Assembly: GCA_040285825.1 (NCBI GenBank)
Contig: JAUPSS010000014.1
Span: 128,337-192,336, forward strand
Origin: Eukaryota sp. TZLM1-RC
Lineage: Eukaryota; Protista; Metamonada: BaSk clade
Direction of reading: 5' to 3'
DNA length: 64,000 nucleotides
Positions 24,400 through 36,054 of this stretch are shown piece by piece (position 1 is the first letter of the stretch; each line of letters begins with the position of its first letter). The notes beneath the pieces are model-generated. The model saw only the letters and a program-made list of their open reading frames with translations, was not told the origin of the DNA and ran no database searches. The position numbers were made by a program, and so were the translations under genes.

Positions 24400-25556
24400 A
24401 TTTCGTTTAAAATCATCTTATGGTGTGAAACAAGGTGATCCTTTAGGGTCTATTCTTTTGGTTAGCTATCCACGAAATTTTAAATATCATTAAGCAAAAA
24501 TCCCTTCTCTGAAAATAGTTGCTTACATGAATGAAATATCCCTGCTTGGTTCATTTACTACAATTGGTTGCTTAAGAAATTGCCGATTCATATGAAAATA
24601 TTGAATTTCATCTTATTGCGAGCCAATGCCTCCTGATTGGTTCTTTTCCTCAGGATTTTGCGGTAAATGATTCTGTTATCCCTTTTACTAACCATAGTAG
24701 TGAAGCTTTTGAATTTCTTGGTTGCTGGTTGGGAAATGTGCCTCAAATTCAGAATGAATTACAAGCTATTCTGGAGAAAACGAAAATTGAACTTGATTCA
24801 ATTTCGTCCTTAGATTTAGAAAAACATATTAAATTTTTTAAGGCTAAAATTCGCTTAACTGGAAGAATAACCCACATTTTGAGATCTTGTGCTCCTGAGA
24901 TCGCATAAGATTTTGTCGTTCCCTTAATTCATTGAGAATGGAATTTTTTGCTGATTTATTGGATGCAGAAAAAGGAATGTTGAAAAATCTCTTATTTTCT
25001 GCAGCAACATTTGGTGATTTTGGATTTACTAAATCTTCTATTTTGTGTCAATCAGCTTTTTGCGGTGGATGTAAGAGTTTTATTTATGAATTTTCTCGCA
25101 GATTCCCTGAAAATTCTCATCTTTTAGTTTCCACTTGCAGTCCATATTTGAATGAGTTATCTTGTGAACTTGATAGATTGCCGCCACAAATCTGGACCAA
25201 ATGTTGTCCCCAATCAATTCAAGAAATTCCGAAGCGATCTCTTTTTAATTTGCAGTTCTGCTGTAAAAAGCTTCAACAAAAATTTTCAAAGATTTTTGAA
25301 AGCTTGAATTTTGATGTTAGACTTGGCTTGGCCAAGAAAAAGAATCCCGCTTTTGCAAATCTTTTACAAGATATGTGTCATAGTACATCTTCTGCCTTAG
25401 TTACAACCATTCCTCAAGTTTATGGCACTCTCTTAACTGATTCTGCCTGGACTTTGAATATGAGATTTCGTTCCTTTATCTGGCTAGATAGTTTACCCCA
25501 CAAGTGAATTTGTAAATGTTCTTGAAAGATTTCAATTACTCATTTGTTAAATTATA
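24400..25556 (+). mobile_element. Decayed CRE family B fragment (RT to zinc knuckle), truncated at a Gypsy LTR
   Basis: Colinear with the reverse complement of 32160-33320; many stops. Confidence 0.85.
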
Positions 25557-25692
25557 TGATGCCGTCTGTGTCATATGATAACAAAGAGTAAGGATAATTT
25601 ATTAGAATTTCACCAGCCCTTATAAAGGCCATCACTAGTGAACTATACTATATAAATACAAATGTACTAGACTAATTGTCCACAGTACAACA
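25557..25692 (-). repeat. 3' LTR of the Gypsy element (136 bp)
   Basis: Minus strand reads TGTTG...CGGCATCA, preceded by the PPT GAGAGGGAAAAGGTAG, whose TAG is the pol stop codon. Confidence 0.8.
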
Positions 25693-28600
25693 CTACCTTT
25701 TCCCTCTCTTAGATCTCGAACGAGAGCTACGAGTACTGACTGCGGGGGAATTAGTCTTAGATTTGGAATTAGAAGATGCCTTCCGTTTCCTGGTAGTGTG
25801 AGGACTAATAGAGCGCAAATATGTTTGATATGCCTCAGTGCTTTTGACGTCAGCAACTGGGACAGACGAAGTCTCGCCACCATACCAAACTGCGGTACAA
25901 TAAGGAACTTTATTGTTGTTCGAATCTACGTAATCAAAGTGATCTATAATTTTAACGATTACAGATTCTTCCATATCGCCAGCAGCAATATTCTTATGCC
26001 AATCAAGATCTTCTTTAGGGAAGTCTGAAAGGTATAGTTTACAATGATTTATACTTGCCGTAAACATCGAACCAGTGACGAGATTCTTGAGTAATAAACT
26101 TTTATTGGATTTCACTTCTTCAACGGGAAAAGGGCCAGCGAAGCAACCATGGAGTTTACCATTAGTCTTTAATCGCAAAACTAAGTCACCTTTATTAAAA
26201 GGGTTCCTATGTTTGTTAAGTTCAGGCAGTTGTTGAGCTTGCCTGAGCTCTGCCTCTTCTCTCTTCTTTGAAATCCTTTCAAGTTTTGCTTCAAGATCTT
26301 TAACAAAGGGAATATTAACATTAGCTGATTTTATTAGTTCAAACATATTACTAGGATCAGCTCTAGGGCTGTGGTCGCTACCAAACATTAAATTGTAGGG
26401 CGAATGACCAGTAACTCTACTAATAGTTGAATTGATTTGAAGTTGTACAATTGGGATATATTCACTCCAATTGCTATAAGCGCCAGAGTCCACCAAAATC
26501 TTTCTTAGACTTTGTAAAATGTCTCTGTGTCGTCCTTCTACTAAACCATTGCTTTGTGAAAAGCTAGTCAGTGAACGACTTACTTCAATGTTTAATAAAT
26601 CGCATAACCCTTTGAATATGGCATTTGCAAATTCAATATCATTGTCACTATGAATCAACAGTGGGATACCAAAAATTGATACTACACTCCATAGGAGGTG
26701 ATTGGTTGCCTCCACTGCATTCAATTCCTTTACAGGGCAAATGATCGTATACCTAGTGAACGAATCTACAAAAACTATTAAATATTTGAATCCATTATCA
26801 TCTAGTTGTAATGGTCCAAAAGTATCTGCGTTTAATCGTGCAAAAGGTCGATCAGCCCAAAGAGAGCCAGATGATTCAATGACTTTTTTAGGCACATGTG
26901 CCGTCTTTTGACATGCTGGGAATCTCTTAATATGATTAATCATGTCTTTGCGCATGTCGGGCCAAAAGTAATCACTATTGAGTAATTTCTTTACACTAGT
27001 CGTCACACTATGATGGCCAACATTTGCATGTCCATGAATGATAGTTAAAGTCTGCTTCTTTAAACTATCTGGGATAACAATCTTCCCACGATTGTTGGTA
27101 TAAAATTGAATATCTGAATTATAATTGTAATCGTTATAATAATCAGGATTTGAATCAACATCTATAAGTTGTTCTTGCCTAATTTTTGAGATACAAGTGT
27201 CAAATAAATCAAATTTAGTATCCTCAACTGCTTCTTTCAGTGCAGATAAGCTATTGATCGTGGGTAGCTCAATTGTGGACGGTTGAGTAATATCATCCCT
27301 TAACAAATTAACTCTAGTTAATAAATTTAAATAGGGTAATTGTTCTTCAACTCTGTGAGGTGCCAAGTTTCTCACTTGTTGGACTCGAGGAGTTTTGGGT
27401 TTGGTATCAACCAATCTAGACAACATGTCTGCCCAATAATTCTCCTCGCCTGCAGTGTGGACTACATCAAAATTGAATTCTGACAATATTGGTAGCCACC
27501 TCTTCACAATTCTATTCTTTTCAGGAGCTGATATGAGGTATGCTAAATTTCTATGATCAGTGAAAATAGTTAATTTCCTCGAAATTAAATAATTTTCTAA
27601 ACTACTGTCAGTGAGAATTAGTAAAATTGCATACAACTCTTTCTGAAGTACAGACCAATTCTTTTGTGAAGTTGATAATAATCTGCTAAAGAAGGCAATA
27701 GGTACAACCTTTCTCTTGATTAGCGGTGTCGTAGGATCTTTAGGTGGGTTAACTTCTTGCCAAATTACTCCACCTACAGCCACATCAGACGCATCAGCAC
27801 TTATTAAAATATGCTTGTCTTCTGAGGGCAATTCAAGAGGGATATTTGCTTTAATAAGATTTATAATCTTACCAAAAGCCTCGTCATGATCAGAAGTCCA
27901 CTTGATTTTTGACGGTTTGTTTCTGGTTAGTTTGTTGATTGGTTCTATCAAGTCAGACAAATTTGGCAACCAGTCACGTATATAATTGATCGAACCTATA
28001 AAACTCCTAACTTCAGGTAATGTCCTGAGTTTGGGTAGGTTGATCAGTCCCTCGATCCTAGATTCATCTATATAACGGGTTTTGTTTACAAAAATACTAC
28101 CTAGAATTTTTTATTTCGTGTCTGCAAGTGGTAAAGCTACACTTGGGTAGGCCGGGGTTAACTCTAAAACGTTTGGCGCGTTCTAGGACCGTACCTACTC
28201 TAGATAGAAATTCATCCAGGGTCGAAGCTACTATTATTATATCATCGATATAAATAAATACGCCCTCAGAATCAAATATTTCCATCATCATGTTTTAGAA
28301 GACTGCAGGGACGTTCTTCAAACCAAAACAAGCCCTTTTAAAACTGATCGACATCCCGGGAATTGATACGGTAGTTTTATCAATATCCTCTTCTGCAATT
28401 TTGAGCTGCCAAAATGCCTTAGGTAAATCTAGAGTTGCTGTATAATTAGCTTTACTTAAAAACTCCAAAATGTCGCTAATCCTGGGCAAATTTGCCTCTA
28501 CAGGTTTAGTTAAATCATTTACTCCACCAATACCACTAAAATCGCCAGTTAATCGTGGTTTCCTGTGATCAGGGTAAATCACAAGACAGATGGGACTACT

Positions 28601-28741
28601 GAATTGACACTTTGCGGGCACAGCAAATCCATTACGGATCAATTCGTTAAAAATTTCCTCGGCTACCCGTTGTTTTTCTGGGTTTAATCTTCGAGGTTTC
28701 TTTTTGACGATCTTACTTTCGTCGTAAAATGGAATGGTCAT

Positions 28742-29321
28742 TTTTTTTTCATTTATTTTTATTCAACAACAAATATGAAATACACAATTAAAACTCCACA
28801 TCCTCAAAACCTGCCTCCCCTACATCAACACAATTAATTGCTAAAGATTCAGAAAATTTCCCAAAAGAAGATAGTGAATCAGAAATTAGTTTTACCATTC
28901 CCTTAAAAATAAAAAATACAATCCTGTTTTGCCAGTAAACACGATTGAAAATTCTTCCAGTTCTTTCCTTTACAACAACAACAAAATCCTCAAGGAAAGC
29001 CATAGCAGCCTTACCTAGAGATCCAAGCAAAGAAATAACAAATGGACATAAATTATATTGGGCATGGGAATTTTCATTAACCGAGGATTCGCATATTTAG
29101 CAATTTTATATTTTTCGCCTGCAAAAAGAGGATTATTTACATCCGAGTTGATGAGATGTTTGTCAGAGGAATTACAAGGGTCAATAGACATGGCGTCCAA
29201 AATAGTAAAACTACCATTTAAACCAGGAATAACTAGATCACCTCTAGTCAGACCCATAGAAGCTCTGTTGTAACGCGTACTATCAATATTGGGATCATCA
29301 AGAATTAATTTTGATAACAGC
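28742..29321 (-). mobile_element. 5'-truncated CRE-type insertion inside Gypsy pol
   Basis: RLE C-terminus (RGDLVIPG, RIFNRVYWQNRIVF), poly(A) tail, 11-bp TSD GGAATGGTCAT at 28731-28741 and 29322-29332. Confidence 0.9.
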
Positions 29322-31499
29322 GGAATGGTCATCGACTGACAATCTATTCCATCCGGGTGAGGTAGCCCACTGAACACATCTCTGTATTCTTCTAGTAGCA
29401 AGACTAGGCGTTCCTCGTCCCTAATGTCATCCAGGCATATTCTACAGCCCAACTCATCTAAATAATGTTTGAATGTGGAGTGCCCAATACTATTACCTAA
29501 TATAGTTTTATTCTCTATTAAATCAATACAATTAACAGGTTGACAGATTCTGTCATCAAACTCACATTCTGCATTCAAGATGGTGCGATGTTCGCGGTCT
29601 AAACTAATATTAATACCGTGCTCCGTGCGCAGCCCTAAGGTTTGTAAAAGGTCTCTTCCAATCAAAAAATTATTGGTACCAGCTATGATCTGGAATTCGA
29701 TCCTTAAATACACTTGAGTGGCCAAGCTACCCACATTGAGAGCAAGAACACCATTTGCACTTCCTAGGGTCGTGGAGGGAATACCATTTGCCGATAAATA
29801 TTCGACGGATTTATTCTCGTCAATTGTCATTCGACATTTTAAGGCTAGATCCATCGATAATGCTGAGAATGCAGCTCCATTATCGATTTTGCCTTGTAAT
29901 TCCACGTTATTTATTGAGCAGGTCAACCAAAGTTCCCCGTTAGAACTTACTTGGTCTCCTGTCACCCTGGATAGTCTAACACTGTCGATAGAACCCACAG
30001 GATTGGAGGACTCTCTAAATCTTTTTAATGGATTTAGGTGTTTATAATTCGAGTCAATTTTGCTCGTTCTGCTAATAGAATTGCACGAATTATTAGTAAG
30101 ATTAAGAGATGAATATTCATCTGATTTATTAACTACGTTACCACGTTTACTACCATCTCCTCCTCTTCGTTTCTTACTTCCGGGTCTGCCAACGACGGAG
30201 AAGCATTTTTCTTCAGCATGTTTATCTGTATTACAGATGCCGCACCATTGCCCAGATGGGGTTTGCTTGGGATGATGTTTACCTCTACCGCCACCTCTAG
30301 ATCCTCTAGGATGACCTCTGGAGGGACCTCTTGACTGGCTAGGTCCTCTGAACGAAGGTTTATTCCCAAATAATATTTTAACATTGGACAGTTCCAAATT
30401 GTGGTATTGTGTCATCTGTTGGGTAAAGGCTTGCCCTAAATCGTATATCGCATTCACTAAGTTCCCTAACATTTTTCCTTCCTGGCGGAAATTCGTCAAT
30501 CCAAATTGCATATGTATTGACAAGTTGGTTGTTAGTCTTCTTATTGATCTTCTGTAGAATAAATCTAGCAGGGTAAACGATTGAGGGTTGACCGTCTTAT
30601 GATATAAACGAATTGTTGGATGAAAGTGTTCCAAATTACCTCCGCAGATTTGCGACTAATCTCGGGTGGTTTTGTGGCTGATATAGCAGCACGAACTTCA
30701 GAAATTGTTCTGTATTGGGTGCTAAATAGCAAAAATTCCCAAATCTCGTGGTCGGTTGCATTCCTATCTAAAGGTTCTTTGCGACCTCCAAGACGAGTTT
30801 TCCATTGGTCCATAACTGTGCCCTCGATCATTTCGCTCAAATATAAAGGGTCGACTTCATAAAACATCGAACGTACGAAATCAAATTCGTGGATTGGCTC
30901 CCCATATTTGGTGATCGGCTGAAAAGGTCTAATAGGTGCATCTCGGTCCCTTTTGGTTTTAGCCCAATTCGCAAAATTTACCACAAAATCGAAAATTTTC
31001 TTGGAATCAAAACCATCATCCAGTTTCTTTAGTTGTCTTTTCCTTTCTTCTATTTTCTTGATGAGCTTTTCTTCATCAGTGAATGGTTTAGTGTATACAC
31101 CAGAGGAAAGAACTAAAGGGTCTTTTGGTATGTTAGTTGAAGGACTACTAGCTACCAAGGGAATAGTGGGAGGGACAGGAGTACTCTGTCCAGAAGCTTG
31201 TGCAGATGATGGTCTTCTTCCTAGATACGGTGCTACTGAAGGAGTCGAGAATAACAATTGATTTGCTTCTTCAGATGGTAGCATCTCGCTCAAGTCTAGG
31301 ATTTGGCGATGTTTGGGTGGATCATCCTGCTCAGGCAACTTCTGAGTATCAGGTTTGAGAGTAGCCCAATCTGGGTAGCCCAATCCAGTTGGTCTCCATC
31401 TTTCTGCAGTTTGATATAAAGAAGCCGAAGCTTATTTCACAAAGCTAAATAAAACCAAGGAGCTGCTGAACAACACTTATCGGTTTTTTAATCAATCTA

Positions 31500-34250
31500 A
31501 GTTTATTAACTTTTTTTTAAATTTAATTTTATTCTAAACCTATAAATCAACATCTAAAAAATCCATCTCTCCCAAAACAAAAACACTAGATGAAACTCTC
31601 TCATAGTGAGATCCAAGAGAAAGCAAAGCATCAGAAACCATCTTCAACATCCCCTTAAAAATAGAAAACACAATTCTATTTTGCCAAAACAATCTGTTGA
31701 AATTTCTGCCAGTTCTTCTCTTTACAATCATTTCAAAATCATCCAAAAAACGTAAAGCAGTTGGTGCAAGTGAACCAAAAAGGGAAAATACAAATGGATA
31801 CAAATTGTATTTTGCATGCTGTAGACTGGCCAATTTGGACAAAGGTTCATTGTATTTTCTGAATTTAAAATTTTCAGCATTTGAAAGGGGATTATGAATT
31901 TCAGAATTAACAAGCCTTTCATTTGAGGCATTACAAGGATCAACAGACATTACATCCAATAAAATGAAGCTTCCATCTAATCCAGGTAATATGACATCAC
32001 CTCTATTATTCTTATGAAAATCATTTTCAGCATCAAACAGATTTGACAACAAAGGTTCCAAGAAGGATTCAATTCTATGAGATTTACACATACAATATAA
32101 CTGGTCTCTTACAGCATCATGAACCTTGCTTCTAAAAGTAATAAAATGTTTACAATTTAACAAATGAGTAGTTGTAATTTCTCGAGAACATTTACAAATT
32201 AAATTATGAGGTAAATTATCAGGCCAGATGAAGGAACGAAATCTCATATTCAGAGTCCAAGCAGAATCGGATAAGAGAGTACCATAAACTTGTGGAATTG
32301 TTGTTACTAAGGCAGAAGAAGTACTGTCACACATATCTTGTAAAAGATTTGCAAAAGCGGGATTCTTTTTCTTGGGCAAGCCAAGTCTAACATCAAAATC
32401 CAAGCTTTCAAAAATCTTTGACAATTTTTGTTGAAGCTTTTTACAGCAAAAGTGTAAATTAAATGGAGATCGGTTTGGAATTTCTTGAATTGATTGAGGA
32501 AAACATTTGGTCCAAATTTGTGGCGGTAATTTTTCAAGTTCACAAGATAACTCATACAAATAGGGACTACAATTGGGGACTAACAGATGAGAATCATCAG
32601 GAAATCGACGAGAAAATTCATAAATAAATTTTTGCCACCACCCAAGAATGCTGATTGACACAAAATTGAAGATTTAGTAAAACCAATACCACCCAAATTT
32701 GCTGAAGAAAATAAATGGCTTTTCAACATTCCTGGTTCTACATCCAATAAATCAGCAAAAAATTCTGTTCTCAATGAATTAAAAGAACGACAAAAATCTA
32801 ATGCTATGGAAGGAGCACAAGATCTCAAAATGTGGGTTATTCTCCCAGTGTAGCAAATTTTAAGCATGAAAAATTTAATATGCTTTTCTATATCTAAAGA
32901 AGAAATTGAATCAAGTTCAATTTTCATTTTTTCCAAAATAACTTGCAATTCATTCTGAATTTGAGGCACATTTCCTAACCAACAACCAAGGAACTTAAAA
33001 AGCATCACTACTATAATTAGTAAAAGGGACAATAGAATCGTTTATCACGAGGTCTTGAGCAGAAGAGCCAATCAGAAGGCATTTGCTGGCATTAAGATGA
33101 AGCCCAATATTTTCATATGAATCGGCAATTTCTTGAGCAACCAATTCTAGTAAATCAAATGAACCAATCAAGGATATATCATCCATATAAGCAACTATTT
33201 TTATAGAAGGGTATTTTTGCTTAATGATATTTAAAGTTTTGTGAATAGCTAAACAAAACAATAATGGGCCTAAAGGATCTCCCTGCTTCACTCCAGAAGA
33301 TGATTTAAGACCAAATGAATTAAAAATTAAATCTGATTCTTTCCCATAAAAATGGTAGAAAAAACTCGATAGCTCAGGAAAATCAGATTTAAAAACTTCA
33401 AAAATTGCTTCTCGCTTTACAGAATTAAAAGCATTTTTAAAGTCAAGATTAAAAATAAAATTATTTTCCTCTGCATTAAAAAAGGTATCAGAGGCAATAG
33501 CAGCAACAGAAGCACCATCAATTGTTTTGATTCCAAATTGATGAGGATTCAAAAATGTAGAAGCTTTGTCTTTGACACGATCGAAGACAATTGATGCTAG
33601 CAAACGAGAAAGAGATTCACCAACAGCAATTGGGTGTATTCCATCAGGTTTAATTCCGTTTCCAGGCTTTACTAAAGCAATCAGACGTGCTGCGAGTAAT
33701 TCAAATGGAGGATTAATTTTCAAAACAATCAATTGTTGAAAATAGTGGGCTAGATCATCAGCAATTTCGGGAGCACTGGAACACGCTATTTTTAACAGAT
33801 CAAAAGAAATTCCAGATGGGCCTGCTGCTTTCCCCTTTGGCAATTTTTGAATAGCTTTAAGAACTTCAATTGCAGTAATAGGATTTTCAATCCAAAAAGG
33901 ACACACTTCAGGCTTGCTGCACTTGAAATTTTCTTGAGGATGCAACTTTTGAAGTTTTTCAAGGGTATCAGAGTTTGCATCAGCCAAAGAAGAGGAAAAC
34001 AAAGACTGCTTTGCGGCACCATAACGACCACGTAAGCACAATTTACGGCAAATTTTTGATTTTACAATTTTTCTATTTCCAAATTTTTTTCTTAAAACAA
34101 TTTTTGTTTTTTCTAGCAAAATATTTCCAGAAGGATGAAATATTCCACTTATTATTTTTCAATTCAGAAGTAAAATTTCTCATTTCCATTGAGAAGTTTA
34201 TTAACTATACGAATTTTTCAAATGGTGATTTTTTGCGGTTTGTGTTGACC
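31500..34250 (-). mobile_element. CRE-type non-LTR retrotransposon (family B), 5'-truncated, two frameshifts
   Basis: RT (PIAVGE, LDFKNAFN, GVKQGDPLGP, YMDD) and RLE (CKC..HLLNC, HDAVRD, RGD, KFRKY) across ORFs 32995-34119, 32580-33032 and 31540-32661. Confidence 0.92.
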
Positions 34251-34259
34251 CAATAGGCA

Positions 34260-35281
34260 AAACAATATATAGTCGGCAAATTAAAGTGGAAGTTGAGTCG
34301 AGACGTGTCTCTGGAAATTATGATTTTCATAATTATGTAAGGAAAAGAAAATATAATGTCCATAGAAAAGGAAATACACAGCAAAGACTACGGTTATTAG
34401 TGAATGAACAGCCCAACTAACGAGATCCTGATAAAAATTGCTTTTTGTAGCCATTAATCCCGACCACAGCAATCTTTGTGGTTGGACTACTGATTGTTTC
34501 CGAAATTATGCACATATTTTTGAGTGTTTTGGCTTGATGATAAAACCAAAAGAACGAAAATCAAATCATTCTCCTCATCTAACTCAAGCAATTTCTAATA
34601 CTTATTCCGCTCAGAGTTCCAAGAGTATCTGATTGAAGTAAGTTTACCTTATGTTGATGAATTTGAGGAAAGCACTGAATAATCTTCAATCATGTGTGGA
34701 AACATGCAGGGTGGTGGAAGAAAAAGACTTAGAAGAAATAAGTTTGACTTTTTCATACGAAGACAAAAAAGTCTGACTAGTTTTATTAACAAAATTAAAC
34801 GCTTGTCTGAAGGAAAAAACACTATAATCCTGTTCGGTAATGGCGGCGGTGGTCCATGTTGTCAAGCTGTGAAATCCCCCAGGAAGAAATTTCTCAAACA
34901 AATCCAAAAAGACTTTAAAAAACATCAAAGTGAGGGACGAGTTTATGACCTCAGCAAAAGTGAATTGCTGTAAGGTCTTTCATAGAAAGATATATCATGA
35001 TGACAGAAGGGTAAATAACGCTAAGTTCGGTCGCCCTCGGTGGCAGACCAACTGGTCTAGGGACATCTCAGCCTCTAGAAATCAGCTGGAGATTGCAATT
35101 AGTGAGTATTTCACTGGTACCAGGCCAGAACCATTCAGAAGGCCAAGGCGTGTGAGACGTCTAAGAAGACAACAGTAGCTGTTTTAATCAACGTATTTCC
35201 AAGGTGTTTAGTGTATACTAACCCTTGGTGTTGAGAAGTTTACACAATTATTAGGGATATTTATTCAATATTCACTCTGTA
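34260..35281 (+). mobile_element. Fanzor relic (C-terminal half) with a putative element right end
   Basis: FVAINPDHSNL (RuvC-I-like), KFDFFIRRQKS...IILFGNG, DEFMTS (RuvC-II), WSRDISASRN (RuvC-III), RPEPF; downstream hairpin and CACTCTG-TA terminus. Confidence 0.75.
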
Positions 35282-35334
35282 TGAAATTCTCAGAATCAAA
35301 GACAGAACAATTCTCGGATTCACACATCCAAAAA

Positions 35335-35670
35335 TTCTCATGCCTAATATAATTTATGTCCCATTGTGTTTTTCATTGCTTGGATCTTTAGGTAAGGCTG
35401 CTATAGCTTTCCTCGACAATTTTGACGTAATTGTAAAGAAGAGAACTGGAAGAATTTTCAATCGTGTTTACTGGCAAAACGGTATTGTATTTGCTATTTT
35501 TAAGGGAATGGTGAAAAAAATTTCTGATTCACTCTATTCTTTCGGGAAAAAATTTTGAATCGTTAGTAATTAATTGTTTCGGTGTAGGGAAGGCAGATTT
35601 TGAGGTTGTGGAGCTCAAGTTGTGTATTTGATGATTTTTTATTCATTATTCGATAAATAAATAAAAATAA
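35335..35670 (+). mobile_element. 3' fragment of a CRE-type element
   Basis: GSLGKAAIAFL...RIFNRVYWQN, same subfamily as the 28742-29321 insert; A-rich tail. Confidence 0.8.
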
Positions 35671-35744
35671 ATTCGAGCATCCTCTGTTCTTTCCAATGTT
35701 TTCGAACACTTCTGACTCAATGGCCTACAGTTAGACAGACCTTT

Positions 35745-35745
35745 T

Positions 35746-35780
<35 letters not shown>

Positions 35781-35781
35781 T
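35745..35781. repeat. (TTTA)n microsatellite
   Basis: About 9 perfect units, seen directly. Confidence 0.9.
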
Positions 35782-36054
35782 GGAATCTTTCTGAGTTGTT
35801 CTTTCAGGAAGTTCTCATTTGTTATCCTTAATGTCTCTGTCAATAATGCTTATTAGAACTGTTTCAAATGATAATAAATTGACTGTTTCCCGACCATTAT
35901 ATCCTACAATGAATTGTTTTCATTCAGAAGCATTAACTAGTCAATAACTGTTTTATGTGATGGAGAATTTCTGAAAGTATTTCCACATTGTGTCTAATTT
36001 ATTCTAATAGCAATTTGTAAGAAAATGATAATCAATACAATACAAATTTATTAA

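Larger units (their letters stand above)
25557..31460 (-). mobile_element. Ty3/Gypsy (chromovirus-like) LTR retrotransposon, disrupted, 5' LTR missing
   Basis: gag (30565-31383) plus CGICNTDKHAEEKC, protease KIDNGA, RT (LDLPKAFWQ, YIDD), RNase H (ADASD, FTDHRNL, WADMLSR), integrase (GHH, FVDSFTRY, HSDN, SNGLVE), chromo-like tail; order PR-RT-RH-IN. Confidence 0.93.

Noticed and set aside
29015-30634. Single 539-aa ORF as a novel protease-endonuclease fusion
   Set aside because: It is a chimera made by the CRE insertion into Gypsy pol; the 11-bp TSD marks the junction.
31494-31509. 16-nt match to the 19664-family LTR at the position of the missing Gypsy 5' LTR
   Set aside because: Very AT-rich, lies in the CRE 3' tail, and does not match this element's own 3' LTR.
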